Below, piece after piece: positions 1-17,650 of a stretch of 60,514 bases of DNA. The stretch is from positions 186,001 to 246,514 of the forward strand of contig CAJNYD010000423.1 in the NCBI GenBank assembly GCA_905331295.1, given 5' to 3'. The notes under the pieces are model-generated. The model was not told the DNA's origin, made no database searches, and saw only the letters and a program-made list of their open reading frames with translations. A program made the translations under genes and the position numbers. Numbering within the stretch: position 1 is the stretch's first letter; every line of letters begins with the position of its first letter. The DNA is from Rotaria socialis. Taxonomy: Eukaryota.

Positions 1-1085
1 GCTTTACATAGGAATCAAAAATATTATATCGATTTTTAATCATCTATGAATACTCTGAAAATAGTTCTGACTGTTTTGCTACTGATACGGAAATACTGCA
101 AGATGATCAAGACTGATGTTCGATAGAAAAGAAATAATTTTCAAGGCAAAAGAAAAGTCTATTTTGAAAGTTAGGTTTTTCTTTTATAGATTTATCTCCA
201 TAGATCGAAATTGCTAGTTTTTGGGAATAAAGTCAAAAATACAGTTTTACTATGACGATACATACAATAGAAGATTATATTGAATAACTCTAAAATATGT
301 AAAAATAAACTCTTACATGATTTATCGACTAATTTCTATGCAGAAAAAACGTTCTAGGAATAGATATTTAGTGAGAAAACGCAACAAACGATATCTGTAG
401 ATATTGAAAAGTGAAGAATGAATTATTTTAACAAAACATCTTTATCGTACAATATAGAGTAGAAAAAAAAATATGTCAGTTTTAATTAAACATCGTTCGT
501 ATACAAAAATAGTCTGCATATTCAAATTGTTAAGACTGTCGTAATAACAAATTAGAGCTGCAATAAAAACGAATGAGAATAAGAAATTTTCTTTACAAAG
601 AGAAACACAGAAAAAGACTAAAAATAGTTATTGAATTTTATTTAATAGTCCTTATAGAAGAGATATCAAATGGGTTCATTTGAATTTTTATTCTATTGAT
701 TCGTAAACTAAGCTAAGTAATAGCTAGTAGTAATGTAATACAATTTTGCACTTAGATCAACCATTCAATAAGGAGAACAAATAAATAATTGTACGCGAAT
801 GACATCTATATAAAATCAGTAAAATGAAAGTAAAATCATTTTTTTATATGTATTAGAAATTAATTTCTTTTTTTTTCTTTTTTGAAACTTTTCCATTAAT
901 AATAATTTACTATATCCGCCATAGATTCGTCCAATGTCCTTCGATAGTTTATATCGTCATATAATAATTCACTTTCTCAAACACAATGTAATGCATTCTG
1001 TTCAGGGTCACGATCATGAATGCGTCTCTCACATGTATGCGCATTTTATTTCTAGATTTTTTGATTGCTATCGAACAACAAAAGA

Positions 1086-1556
1086 ATGAGTAAGGCAGGT
1101 GCCAATTTCGGAGGTACAGTTGGCTGGGATGAACAAACCGTTATTGGCAAACGTGCACCTCGGCCTGGTGAATTGAAAAGTGAATCAGCAATAGCTGCTG
1201 CTCAACGTGCTGGTATTGCGATTGATACTTCAAAAAAATATGCAGCTGGCAATAATAAACAACATGAAGCGGCTAAAAATACGGCAATTTTAGATCGCGA
1301 AACAGAGGAGTTACATCATGAAAGAGTTGATAAAGATGTTGCTCGGGTTATGCAACAGGCTCGTATTGCTAAAGAATGGACACAAGCTGATTTAGCAAGA
1401 CATATTAATGAAAAACAACAAGTTGTTAATGAATATGAACAATCAAAGGCGATTCCAAATCAACAGGTTTTAAGTAAAATGGAACGGGCTTTAGGTGTTA
1501 AATTACGAGGAAAAGATATCGGACAACCGCTTAGTACTGGACCCAAGAAGAAATAA
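1086..1556 (+). CDS. EDF1: Endothelial differentiation-related factor 1 / multiprotein bridging factor 1 (single exon)
   Basis: WDEQTVIGKRAP, KKYAAGNNKQH, NTAILDRETEELHH, and C-terminal HTH WTQADLARHINEKQQVVNEYE...KMERALGVKLRGKDIG match MBF1/EDF1. First ATG at 1086. Confidence 0.95.
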   Translation: MSKAGANFGGTVGWDEQTVIGKRAPRPGELKSESAIAAAQRAGIAIDTSKKYAAGNNKQHEAAKNTAILDRETEELHHERVDKDVARVMQQARIAKEWTQADLARHINEKQQVVNEYEQSKAIPNQQVLSKMERALGVKLRGKDIGQPLSTGPKKK

Positions 1557-1947
1557 ATGATTGGAATTGAAAAAGAGTTTTTTTTCATTTACTTGATTTC
1601 TTATTATGTATATTTGTGCTTCACTTCTCTTTTTCAAAGTTATGCTATCATTTTCTGGTACTTTTTTCTTTTTATGGATTAAAAGTTAAAAGGAAAAATA
1701 ACATCGATTTGCAAAGGAACTCTCAGACTATTGTTGTTGAATGACTGCAGATGATTCCACGGTTGGAAATTTTTCATTTATAGACTTACTTAATTTTTGT
1801 AGATGTATCAATCTATTGGATTTCTTTAGTTGTACTTAATCATTCAACGAAACACTCAACATCAGGCACGATTTCCTTTTACATATATTGAAGTTCTTTA
1901 GTTATTATATTTGTTCTTTTAGTCTTTCTCTATTGAAAAAAAAACCT

Positions 1948-2376
1948 ATGGATCAAGCCGATGATTTAAAAGCATTTGAACGTCGTATGATCGAAATAGT
2001 TTCTTCACTGCAACCATCAATATGGCGTTGGCGTGTTATATTACTAATTCTTGTCTTAGTCACTCTTGTAACATTTTATGCATTAATTACCGATGATTCA
2101 TCAACAAAATCAGCAACAGTCAATACATCTAGTGATAATTCTTTTCTATCTTTATTGCATTCAAATGTTTTTTGTAAACAAACTTATTTTTCTGTTTCAT
2201 TGGCCTTGCTTGTATTTGCATTTTTATTTGGTATACATCGTAAAATGTTCTCATCATCAATAATTATTGCCAGATTTCGTTACATACTCGCTGATTATAA
2301 TATGTCATGCGATTTTGATGGTCGGCTAATATTAAAACCACGGCCAACATCATCATATCTAGCTGGGTCATCTTGA
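1948..2376 (+). CDS. CNEP1R1: Nuclear envelope phosphatase-regulatory subunit 1 (TMEM188/Spo7-like)
   Basis: DDLKAFERR..LQP..WRW, two hydrophobic segments, GIHRK..SIIIARFR.ILADYNMSCD.DGRLILKPRP match CNEP1R1. ATG at 1948. Confidence 0.92.
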   Translation: MDQADDLKAFERRMIEIVSSLQPSIWRWRVILLILVLVTLVTFYALITDDSSTKSATVNTSSDNSFLSLLHSNVFCKQTYFSVSLALLVFAFLFGIHRKMFSSSIIIARFRYILADYNMSCDFDGRLILKPRPTSSYLAGSS

Positions 2377-2486
2377 TAATTTTTCTTTATGTTGTATTAT
2401 AAAAAGTGTTTTTTTGTTCTCGAAATATAAAAGAAAGATATTATTTCGATTCATATGACGTTTTTTTGTTTTCGCTTTTTTTTAGC

Positions 2487-5400
2487 ATGAGTACTGAGGT
2501 AAATCCAAGTTCGTCGCCATCAACATCACAACAGCAAGTAACACCTGTACAACGTAAATTGCAGAAAATTCTTGATTTAAAATTAGAATCGGATAAAGAT
2601 TTAATCGAATCTTTGAAATATTTATCGACTTTTTTCAATGAAAATAGTGTCAGAACAAGACGTTCATTAAGAAGTACTATTGAAAAAAGAAGTTTAACAT
2701 TAAACGATCAATTTGAAGAATGTTTTCGTGTTGTGAAACAACAACTCGATCAAGTAAATGATACGGTTACATCCATGTCAACTTGTTGTGAAGATATGAC
2801 ACAACGATTAAAAGTATGGAAAATACAAAAAAAAAATATTAACATCGTTTATTCTTTACTAAAGACATGTTCTCTATATTAGAATGTTAAAGCACAAACA
2901 CAAGAATTAATCAATAAGACAACACAAATACAAAATGAAAAGTAAATAAATTTTTCATTCGAAATTTTAATTTTAATTTTATTTATTAGTCAAGAATTAA
3001 ATATGAAATCTTCTATAACCGAAGGATTTATTGAACGATTTCAACTGACACCTAATGAATTGAATGCATTAAGAACAACTCGTGATGGATTTTTACATCC
3101 GGTAAAAAGAATTAAAATTTATTTTTCTCAACTGAAAATTGAATGAATACTACGATCTGTATTCTGAGAAAACTGACGGATTTTGAAAAGGTAAAATCTC
3201 CAGCTTACTTCCTTCCCGTCGACAATCGCGCTCACCTAAACGAGTTGAGACACAAGAATAGAATCAGATGGTCTTTGTTTTACAAGACAGAGATTTCTAA
3301 TCTGATATATAACTTCTTAAATTCATTCATTTTGTAGAACCATTAATAGACTAAACAATTTTGAAGACAAAAAAAGGTCCTTCCTACATATTGAATTATG
3401 TTCCAGTGCGATTGCTTTATTAATATTTTATTCTGCAAAGCTGCTTTCTTTTTTTTTACAGGAATTTTTCAATGTTCTTAAACGTGTTAAATCGATCTAT
3501 CAAGACTGTAAATTATTATTGCGTACGAATCAACAAACAATTGGTTTGGAAATAATGGAACAAATGGCACTTCATCAAGAATCAGCTTACGAAAGATTAT
3601 ATCGATGGTTACAAAGTAAAATAAAGTTGCCATTGTTTTCATCTGTGTCTTGATTAAAATTATTTTTGTTTCACTTCCCGTTAACTAGGTGAATGTCGAC
3701 TTTTAACAGCAGAATCACCAGAAATATCAAAATTAGTTAGCGAAGCACTCGACGGATTAAAAGAAAGACAAGTTCTTTTTAAGTAAGTAGTGAAAGAAAT
3801 AATAAATAGAAATTGAAAAATGTTAGCTAACTCAGCAGGCTGACTGATCTCATAAAATAGCAGGAAAGATTTCATTTTGTTTTCTTACTTTTTAGACTTC
3901 CATAGTCTATAAGATTGAATTCGATGAAATTATTATGTGATAAAAAATACTAAAAAAGGATTATATTTTCTAAAAGAAACATTTCGCTTAGGACAACTCT
4001 CTTGAGAAAATACAAATATATCGTCCTTGTTTAAATGTTAACTGAACTTCTTAAACTACGAATTTTTATTTTGATAAAACAATCGTATATAAATTTTTGT
4101 AGATACGTTCTTGATGAGTACGGTACTGCTCGACGCAATGCACTTGTTCGTGGTTTTATTGATGCATTAACTCGTGGCGGTCCAGGTGGTATGCCACGTC
4201 CTATAGAACTATCGTCTCATGATCCTTTACGTTATGTGGGCGATATGCTTGCCTGGACACATCAATCAACAGCATCCGAAAGAGAATACGCTGAAATTTT
4301 GTTGCGAAAATTAAAAGACTGGAATGAATTACAAAAAACTATTCAAACATTGTTAGGTTATATTACTGAAGGACTTTGTCGGTTAGTAGTATATTTTCTT
4401 TTCTTTTATGCTTTTTCTTTTTGCATTAATTCAATTGTAGACCATTACGGGTTCGTCTCGAACAGGTTCTTGTCTCTCAACATGAACCTGTCACTCTCTA
4501 TAAGTTAACGAACTTACTCAAATTTTACGAAACAACTATCAAACAATTATTACCAGTCGATTGTCAATTAGTACTTGTACTCGATGAAGTTAGTAATTTA
4601 TCGTCAAAAATGTTCTTGAATGCGTAAATAAATTTTAAAACAGTAAGACGTTAATTTTATTGTTTCTTTTTCTTTGTCAGTTTGAATGCAACGGCAACAC
4701 GTCTAATTGAAAAAGTTGATATGCCAACAAATGATTTGAATTTATCTGATGAATTACGTCGTACATTAGCATTATTACGTGATATACTTGAAACACATTC
4801 AACATCAATGATACCATTTGAATCAAAACGTACTGACTTTCAACAAATTGTTTATTCAATTGTTGATCCTTTACTTCAAATGTGTTCATTATCAGCTGCT
4901 AAATTAGGTGTTATTGAAATGGCTGTTTATTTAGTTAATTGTGTTAGTGCAATACGAACAACTTTAGCAGTGTTTGCATTTACTGATGAAAAAATTGAAA
5001 TGCTTGAAGGACAGGTATGATCTAACACAGCCAACATAGTTTTCTTTTTGCATTGTATTTAATGCTTTTTCTAGATTGATGCAAATACAGATACATTGAT
5101 AGGTGAACAAGCAACATATATACTTTTACGAACTGATTTATTAGATGCTTATCGCATCGTTGAAAAGCAACAACAAGAGTCAAATGCTAACTCAAATGCA
5201 TTAGCACTGAAACCAGGTATGGATACTGTGACATTAAAAGCGGCTATGGTAAGTTTGAAATAATTTTTATCTTGAAATAGCTTATGAAAATTTGTTCAGA
5301 TTAAATTTGATTCTTATTTGGCATCACCAGATCTCTATATAATGCCACAATTGAAGTATCTCACAAGTGCTGTTAGTAGGTTAGTAAACGTGAATGGCTT

Positions 5401-5586
5401 TTTTTGTTTTGAAAATGTTTTTCCTTATTTTATTTTAGGGAAAAAATAAAAAAACGTTCAGTCGAATTAATATGTGCAGCTTATGCCAGTCTGTATTCTG
5501 CTATAATGGATTCAAAAAATAGTTATGCAAATCCGTACTCTATAATGCCACATACACCCGAACAAATTGTTAAATTACTGTCTTAA
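2487..5586 (+). CDS. COG6: Conserved oligomeric Golgi complex subunit 6 (about 11 exons)
   Basis: [90 protein letters not shown]-terminal [14 protein letters not shown] at 5584-5586. Canonical GT-AG introns. Confidence 0.95.
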
Positions 5587-6197
5587 TTATATTGGTGATA
5601 TTCAGTAGCAAACATTGTTTTGAAATTAACAGTACTTTGAAAAATATCTTTCGTAAACTTCTTAGATAGATCTGCATGTGAAATTTTCGTTGAATAAAAT
5701 GAATTCTTTTTTATTGATATTTTATCGGGTGATAAGTTTAAAATAAATCTTTATGATAAAGCAATATCAAACGATGAAGAATCCTTTACAATACAGAAAA
5801 AAAAATGAAAAATTATTTTTCTTTTCTTCTGCGGCCATAGAGATGATCGATTTGTTCTAAACAAGTACGATTTCTGTTAAGTAAGAACGAAAGTAGTAAG
5901 TATGATGCGAACTAACTTACTGCAATCGATATTTTTTTACTTTCTTTTAATATATTATAGTCATCATTTACTATATAGTCATTTGATTATTCATAGACTT
6001 GCATCGGCTTCAACGATCATTGAGCGCCTTTTATCTGATTTCTAGTAACAAGACGCTTTGTGAAATCTGAATTTTGTAACCTCTCGAAATATTGAATCGT
6101 AAAAATAACTAATAATTATCATTTTTTATTAATACAAATGTTTTTTCTTATACATAGACTACAATAATAATAAAATGACTATAATATAAATACGTAA

Positions 6198-10514
<4,317 letters not shown>

Positions 10515-13500
10515 CTAAATAGAAAAGAAGAAAAACATGTGTATCGAGGTATTGATTGAGTAAATGATCTTTTTTCTTTTGTGGGTTGTTTGTTCACTAC
10601 GAAAAGAACTACGAAGCCTGTAATCATTTTTCATGTAAAAATGATTGCATTTCCTATCCTTGCATGGTTTTTTATATTTCTCAACATTTTCTTTCCCTAC
10701 GTGCATGCATATATGCATGTTTTATGTGTATACAATGTGTGCTAATCTGTCATGAAGTCCACGGAAGCTTGGAAGACATCGTTCAACTTAGTGTGATTCA
10801 TTACGAACGAAATAAAGAAAGAAAGTGTTCTTATTATTTATCCTTCTGCGTGTTGAGGAAAAGAGCAGCAAAAAATGTTCTGTTTCGATCACATCATGTA
10901 TAAAAATAAATCTTACCCTATTATTAGTTTTACATTAGAACAGAGAAGATAGAGAAAAAAAAGAGCGACTGCTTCACTAGTCCAATCACTATCATCAATT
11001 TTTCACATATACATTAAGAATATAAAATGCTCGCCCGCTAAGTTCATAAGTATTCATTATAACGAATATTCATTACACTCAATTATAATAAATAAAGTAT
11101 TCTTTGTTTGATTTGCCTTTTATTAGCGATTGCATAACATGCTCTTCTATTAACAATATTTACCCAAGTATCCTTTAATTTTGACTCCTATTCAGCATCC
11201 TAAACATAGATTAACTGAAGCATCAGATGAATTTTTTTGTCTTTTCTTCCTTCGTTTTCTTTTTACACTGTATACAGCTGGGTCAAACATACAACTCATA
11301 CATAAGAGAAGTGAATTCCTCAAAGAAAAGACACGAAGAGCACAAAGAACTAGACATTAAAAACACATGCCATAAATAAAAGGACAGTTTCAACTTTTTC
11401 TCATTCATATTTTAACAATGACAATGCATAACAATAGATCCGCTGTTGAGCAAATGCTTTCATCAATTATCGATTAACTTTTTCTTACAAAAGAACAAAA
11501 TTATTTTTCGTAAGCATCTAATCGAACGGCAGAACGAGATTGATTCTATTGTCATCAATCATGTAAGAGAAAGAAAAAGAGTATGAAACTCGTTGACAAT
11601 CAACGTGCATTGTTATTCTAGTGAATGTCACTTGATTTTAATGTTTCAGGCTGCCTATAGATATGGCTCAATTATTCAATTAAGAATATGGACTATATAT
11701 TGATATTAATCATTCATAGTTGAATTTCTTTTTAAGTGAAAAAAACTATGTAAAATATGGCATTCTTTTTCAATGTCATTGCCATTAGATCGATTAATGA
11801 AGCAGATATTAATATATTACGTGTTCACATTGCATGACACCATTTTCTCTCTTACATATTTGAATCGATAAAGTATAGTTAGCAATAACATACAAATGAG
11901 TTAATATAGATACCTCTAAAACTCTGATTAGAAAAATAGGTTATCAGTTACATATTATTTATGAAAATTTTCTTTATAACTACTTTTGTGTGTAAAAATA
12001 TTACTTGAGTTGTTCTGCTTCCTGATAACATAGAAATATGGAATTGTTTTGAAATAAGCCACGGGCAGTATTTGTGTATATTAGGAAAAATACGTTAGAT
12101 CGGATCATTCGTTGGCGTAAGCAGCATATATAAAATAGAATTTTCATAAGTAATATTCTAGAATACAGTATGTAATACACTTAGTTAGTCTCTTTTTCAA
12201 CACTAGTTATTAGTATGTCGCTCTAATGAAGATAATTTAATCCTGAAAGCGATACCGAGAAAAACACAATGAATATTGATAATAACCTTAGTTTGAATCT
12301 AGCTTTTAGTTTCGTTGTGATAGTGAACGTTACACACATCCTCCACTTACCACGAATAACACTATCTTTCAAAGAAGGATCTATGTATGCTTTCTGGTAA
12401 AAAGGTATGTGAGTTAAATGAATTCAATATTTTGATCTGAACCAGTACAATGGATATGAATCTAGATTTGTTCTGAAACATTTTATGACCAAGAAATGTT
12501 GCTATGGTAAGTATTATTAATAGAGAGTCATCTAATATTCTTTAAAGAACTGCATAGATATTTCTTTAGAAATATTAATTAACATAATCTTATGAGTCAA
12601 TTTTTGTGAAAATGAAATTTATCTCAAAACTGATCGAGATAGCTCTTTTCCTTATAAAAAAAATCTATATTTCTTACAGAAAGAAAGTTCTCTCATGCGG
12701 TAAGCATCAATAATTATAGAAAAGATAGTTAATTCAGCTATGAATAAATCGAAGTAGAGATGCGAATGAATAAAAAATTGACTCGTCTGATGTTTAAGAA
12801 GAAAGAATTATTGCAACAATCAACGTAGTGACTCTACTATTTTTACATATATGTTATTGTTGTGAGAGTGGATAGAGAGTGTTTCTTTTTCTTCACTGAT
12901 TTTACCTACAAAGACTAGCCTGGATCAATCGTGAGCGATGTCAATTCTTTTTGCACTAAATTGCCTTGCAAATATATTTTAATTAATCGTTCTATAAAAA
13001 ATTCTACATGTTTGGTAAGAAAAACAAACAAAGCTATAGATGCTTATAGATTATAACTAGCTCAAAAGTTTTCTATCTATGAAATTTTCTCCAACAAATA
13101 TCTAAAAAAAATCCTTAAATCCGTAATGATTATAATAACGAACTTGACAAATGTATACACTTTTCCTACCGACAAAACTAGGTATTGCACGTGTTCATCT
13201 TTCCATATCAACAACTATTCTACCTTCCCAGTGATCTGAATGTATTTCCGTAAGAAAAAGAATTTGTGTGAATCGAGGAGTTTTGTGGAAGTTAGTTTTT
13301 GGAATTAAAACTGGCTGATACAAGCATGGCATTGGTCTAAATAAGTGATATCCATTATGAATACAACCTCTCGCATACTGTATATACACTATTTCTCGTA
13401 GTTATGCAGATGCCAAGAACCTCAACATTGGAACAGAGCGAACAATAAACATACTTTCACAGGTTTCGATCACTCTTCGCACTTCATCGTGTTTTTTTCA

Positions 13501-15794
13501 AACTTATTTTAGATCGAATGGCACTATTATGGTAAATGCTTAGTTTTTTGATAGAGTTCCAGTTAGAGCAGTTTTCTTTGGTGACCTCTAGATTTTTATG
13601 TAAATAAAAAACTAATTTTAGCAGATTCTTTCATAAAATGAGAAAACGAAGAGAAAATGAACATGCCAAAACTGTAAATTATTTCATCATTCTGTGCATG
13701 ATCAAATTAAGTTTGCGAGGAATTTGAAGTTGTTTTCATTTTGTTTTCATAGACTTTTGCTAGAGAGATTTCATTTGCATAGGTATTTCGAAACAGTATA
13801 CTTCAAAGTCGAACCCATCAATTCAGGAATTAAATCAACGAAATAATTGCGAACTTCGATTGAAAATCCGACTGTGTCATAACTAGTCTTGTATTTTGAA
13901 GTATTATGAAAAAACGTTTTCGACTTTTGAAAAAGAAAACGAAATTAGTCAGTATAATGTGCTACCAAAAATGTTATAAAAGGTCTAATTATAAGAATTC
14001 TTAAACAACAACAACTTATTGACAAAAGATTTTCACGTCTGTGATATTACAGGATGTTACTTAGACAGATGTATTCAGTTTTTATATATGAATATCTAAA
14101 TTGAAAGTTTAGCTTATTTATTAAATGAAAGTTAATTGAACTTGAACTAAAGGGCAACAATAAATATGTTTGGACATACTCAAAACCTGTGGTGCTTAAA
14201 AACGATCCATTTTTACTTGATGTATATTTTGAGCTAAGCGATTGAACAATTAAATTCTAATCTCAACTTGAACACTGTTGCAACGTTGAACAGTCACAAG
14301 TCATATTTCTTTCATGTTAAAAAGTTGCTTAAATATTCTTCATTCCTTTTTTCGTTAAACAAATTCTCGGTAGTCGCACCAACGTTATTCTCACGCAACG
14401 ATATAAATGCCAATCAAACCAGTCAGTATTTACCACCGAAGTCAAGTGAATTGTTTTCATTTTCCTTATTATCCTGCCCTTGTTTCTTGTTCTTATGAGA
14501 AGCGAACACTGTATCGAACGTAACATGCACGGAATTGCATCGTGTCATTTTTTTTCGTTCCAGTAGATAGAAATCGGTTGTGTTTATTTTTTGATTTTGT
14601 CTCTTGAGTAATTATCTGCTAATTAACGAGTTTAATATAATTATTATGTTCTTCTTGATATTTATTGTGTTGCTACATTATAGGAGAATAGAAATAGAAC
14701 ACTGCAATATCAGCAAGATTAGCAGTATGTTTTTTGCTGGTAAGATTAATTTTTTGTTTGAGAAATATCAAAAACGCGTTGTATTAACCAGATTAAGGAG
14801 TACTCATATTTGAACAATAATATTTCAAACATGATTCGTAGAAAGACTACCCGTTTCAGATTGTTTGAGTATGACTAAGCACTAAATTTTTCATTCTCAA
14901 AAATATAACAATGAGTTAATGTTGAACTATCTCAAAACTTCATCACAACAAAAAACTTATGTGTTTATATGCTATTTGTAATGTTTTCAAAACAAAAGTG
15001 CTTATAAAATTGAAGAAACGATAGAAACCATATCTTTTCAGTTATATGAATTAGTTCTGATTAAAAGTATCAACTATATGAATTTCATCGTCTGAAGGTG
15101 GTAGATTCAAAAATATATTGCTGGAATAATGTATTTTGTTTGTAAATCTGGAGATAATCCTTTCAAGATGTAATTGTGGACAGACTGAAGGCCAGCACTA
15201 ATATTTAGTTTCCAAATGTTCTAAAAGTAATATATAGTTTCTTATTTTATTACTAATAGCTTTTCAAATTCAGTGATAGGAATTCTGTTACAGAACTAAC
15301 TAGAGTAAAAGACACGGAGTTTAAGGACTTTGTGAAAAGTAGGAAGCGGATAGAATTGATTTCTCATTGATCACTAAATCAAAAGTTTTGACCGATGCAA
15401 GCAACGAGATTTTGCTCTAACTACTTTTCATGAAACTATGTAGGTACTCTTCAGCATTAATTCTATTCAGACAATAAGCACCTCTTGATTTGGCTAATTC
15501 TTTGAAATATTGCCATAATAAGCATATCGTAGATCGTCGAATGTGTATTCACAATAGACAGTAGCGCATAAGAAATCATCCTAGTATAACAGGTTAGAAA
15601 CAGAGTATGAAGTGTCAACTGTTGACAATTGATGTCGCAGAGTTTTTGTCACTACCGCCGATATACTGCGGTACTCATAATAACCGACGGTGCACCGGCA
15701 GTTTACCGGCGGTAGCGCTTGTAAGCTCCGGTTCCAGTTAAAAAGGCTTCCAGAAACCGTTTTTCGTCAAATCCCTATTTATTTCGGAAAAAGA

Positions 15795-15859
15795 NNNNNN
15801 NNNNNNNNNNNNNNNNNNNNNNNNNNNNNNNNNNNNNNNNNNNNNNNNNNNNNNNNNNN
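15795..15859. other. Assembly gap (N run) within transposon-derived sequence
   Basis: Run of N. The sequence to the right (15860-16075) resembles the interior and end of the 17767-18160 MITE family. Confidence 0.95.
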
Positions 15860-16406
15860 ACCTTCATGCATACAAAGTTTCAGGTTCAAATTCGAAAATA
15901 TGATATTGCTGGGAAAGCCGGTCCTGTAGAGAAAATTCACTGAAAAATCGAATATCTTCATAAGGGTACACCAACAGCCGCCAATATTTTAACCATGCTA
16001 GTTTCATGATGAGAGCTTTCATTTGACATAAAAAACTTCAACGTTTTTGCTTATCACCTGAAACACCTCCATTGTCAGTAATAGAACTTTTACAACCTTC
16101 GTTTTAACTCAGTGTATTGTTCCAAGACGTAACGTTTCGTTTGCTAAACGTATAACAATAATCACAAATTCAGTGAAGAAATTAAACACGACTACAAATA
16201 CAAAATTCTGTCATCCCAGTGAAAAATATCCATCACAACATCGTGATTAGTTTTGATTATGGTTGAGCAAATCCAATTTCTCGAACCAAATCACCTCTTT
16301 TTGTAATATAATCCGATTAAAATCTAACAACCGATTGTAACTTCAATCAATTCAATCAATTATTGATGATTTTACCCCTTAAAATCTAATTTTAATCGAT
16401 TGATTG

Positions 16407-17044
16407 CCCAGGAGAATCATTCCGACAGTAGGATCCTATCGGATTCCGACAAGGGTCAGACAGTGAGTATACTGAATACCATGTGTGTTTCAATAAAGCC
16501 GACGAAATCTTATGGGATTCCTGGACACCGACCTACAGTCGGATCTTCAGTATTGAATCTAATCGGATCCGGTGTCGGATTTTAACGGAATCCAGCTCTA
16601 TCGAATCACCCTCCCATGTCGAGCAATCATATTGTAAGATCTGATAAGATCTTGCATCTGATCTTATATGATCTTGCAAGATCATACGAAAATCTTACAA
16701 AAAATCGTAGTTCCTGAGATCTGAGATCAATTCACACAATCAGATTCTTGAAAGAACTTACACATTAATACGATCTTTCAAGAATCTGACTGTGCGAATT
16801 GATCTCAGATCTCAGGAACTACGATTTTTTGTAAGATTTCGCCCGTATTCCACGATCTTGCATGTGTTTCATAAGATCTTTTGTCAGATTTTTCGACCTG
16901 GGGACTTATTTGAACGTGAATAAGAAAATGATTTTTCCGTCGGAACCGACAATAGGTCCATGTTCAGGAATTCTATCGGATTCTGTCTGAGAGTCGGATC
17001 TCATAGGATTCGATAAGATCCGTTGTCGGATTCATTCATCTGGT
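16407..17044. mobile_element. MITE-like element with degenerate TIRs, hosting a nested MITE
   Basis: CCAGGAGAATCATTCCGACAGTAGGATCCTATCGGATTCC at left vs reverse complement CCAGATGAATGAATCCGACAACGGATCTTATCGAATCC at right. Many TCCGAC/GTCGGA sub-repeats. Confidence 0.6.
16613..16902. mobile_element. Nested MITE (CCCAGGTCGA-type termini) with ~65-bp internal inverted repeat
   Basis: Termini CCCATGTCGA...TCGACCTGGG. Arms ~16691-16755 and ~16774-16839 are near-perfect reverse complements. Confidence 0.7.
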
Positions 17045-17650
17045 TGGTTTTAATCTTTCCAATCGATTGAAATTTCAATCTGTGAAATCAAATTAATAAA
17101 TTGTCAATCGATTCTTTCGAAATAACTTGCTTGAACTTGATTTTAATTCTACAATCGATTGAAATCGTATCAATGGATTGAAATCACAATCTTTAAAAAT
17201 CAAATTGATTTATAATTAGTTTATATTAAAGAAGACCTATCATTGGTGGTAAAGTTTCTCCAATTTTTTTCAATTGAATTTTTTTGTTATTTTGCATAAC
17301 TTTTACTAATACTGTTGGTTGTAGGGGTGGCACTTAACGTTAATTTAATATTAAATGGTAAGTTTTAATTTAACACTTAATATTAATACAAAGATGTTTA
17401 CATTAGCCACTGAATTACTTAATATTAAGTATTCAACTTTTCGCGTTAACACTTAACTCACTTTTAAGTGAATTAAGTACCTTGTGCGAAAAAACATCGG
17501 ATTAATAAAATGTGCGAAATAGCGAGCATAGCTGTAAAAACTATTCAACTTAATTTTAGTATCCTGAGAATCAACCTGTGTATTTGATTGCTTTTCTCAA
17601 GTTTATTTTATAACTCATCACAACTCATCTTCTTATGCCTGAGGTCCATC

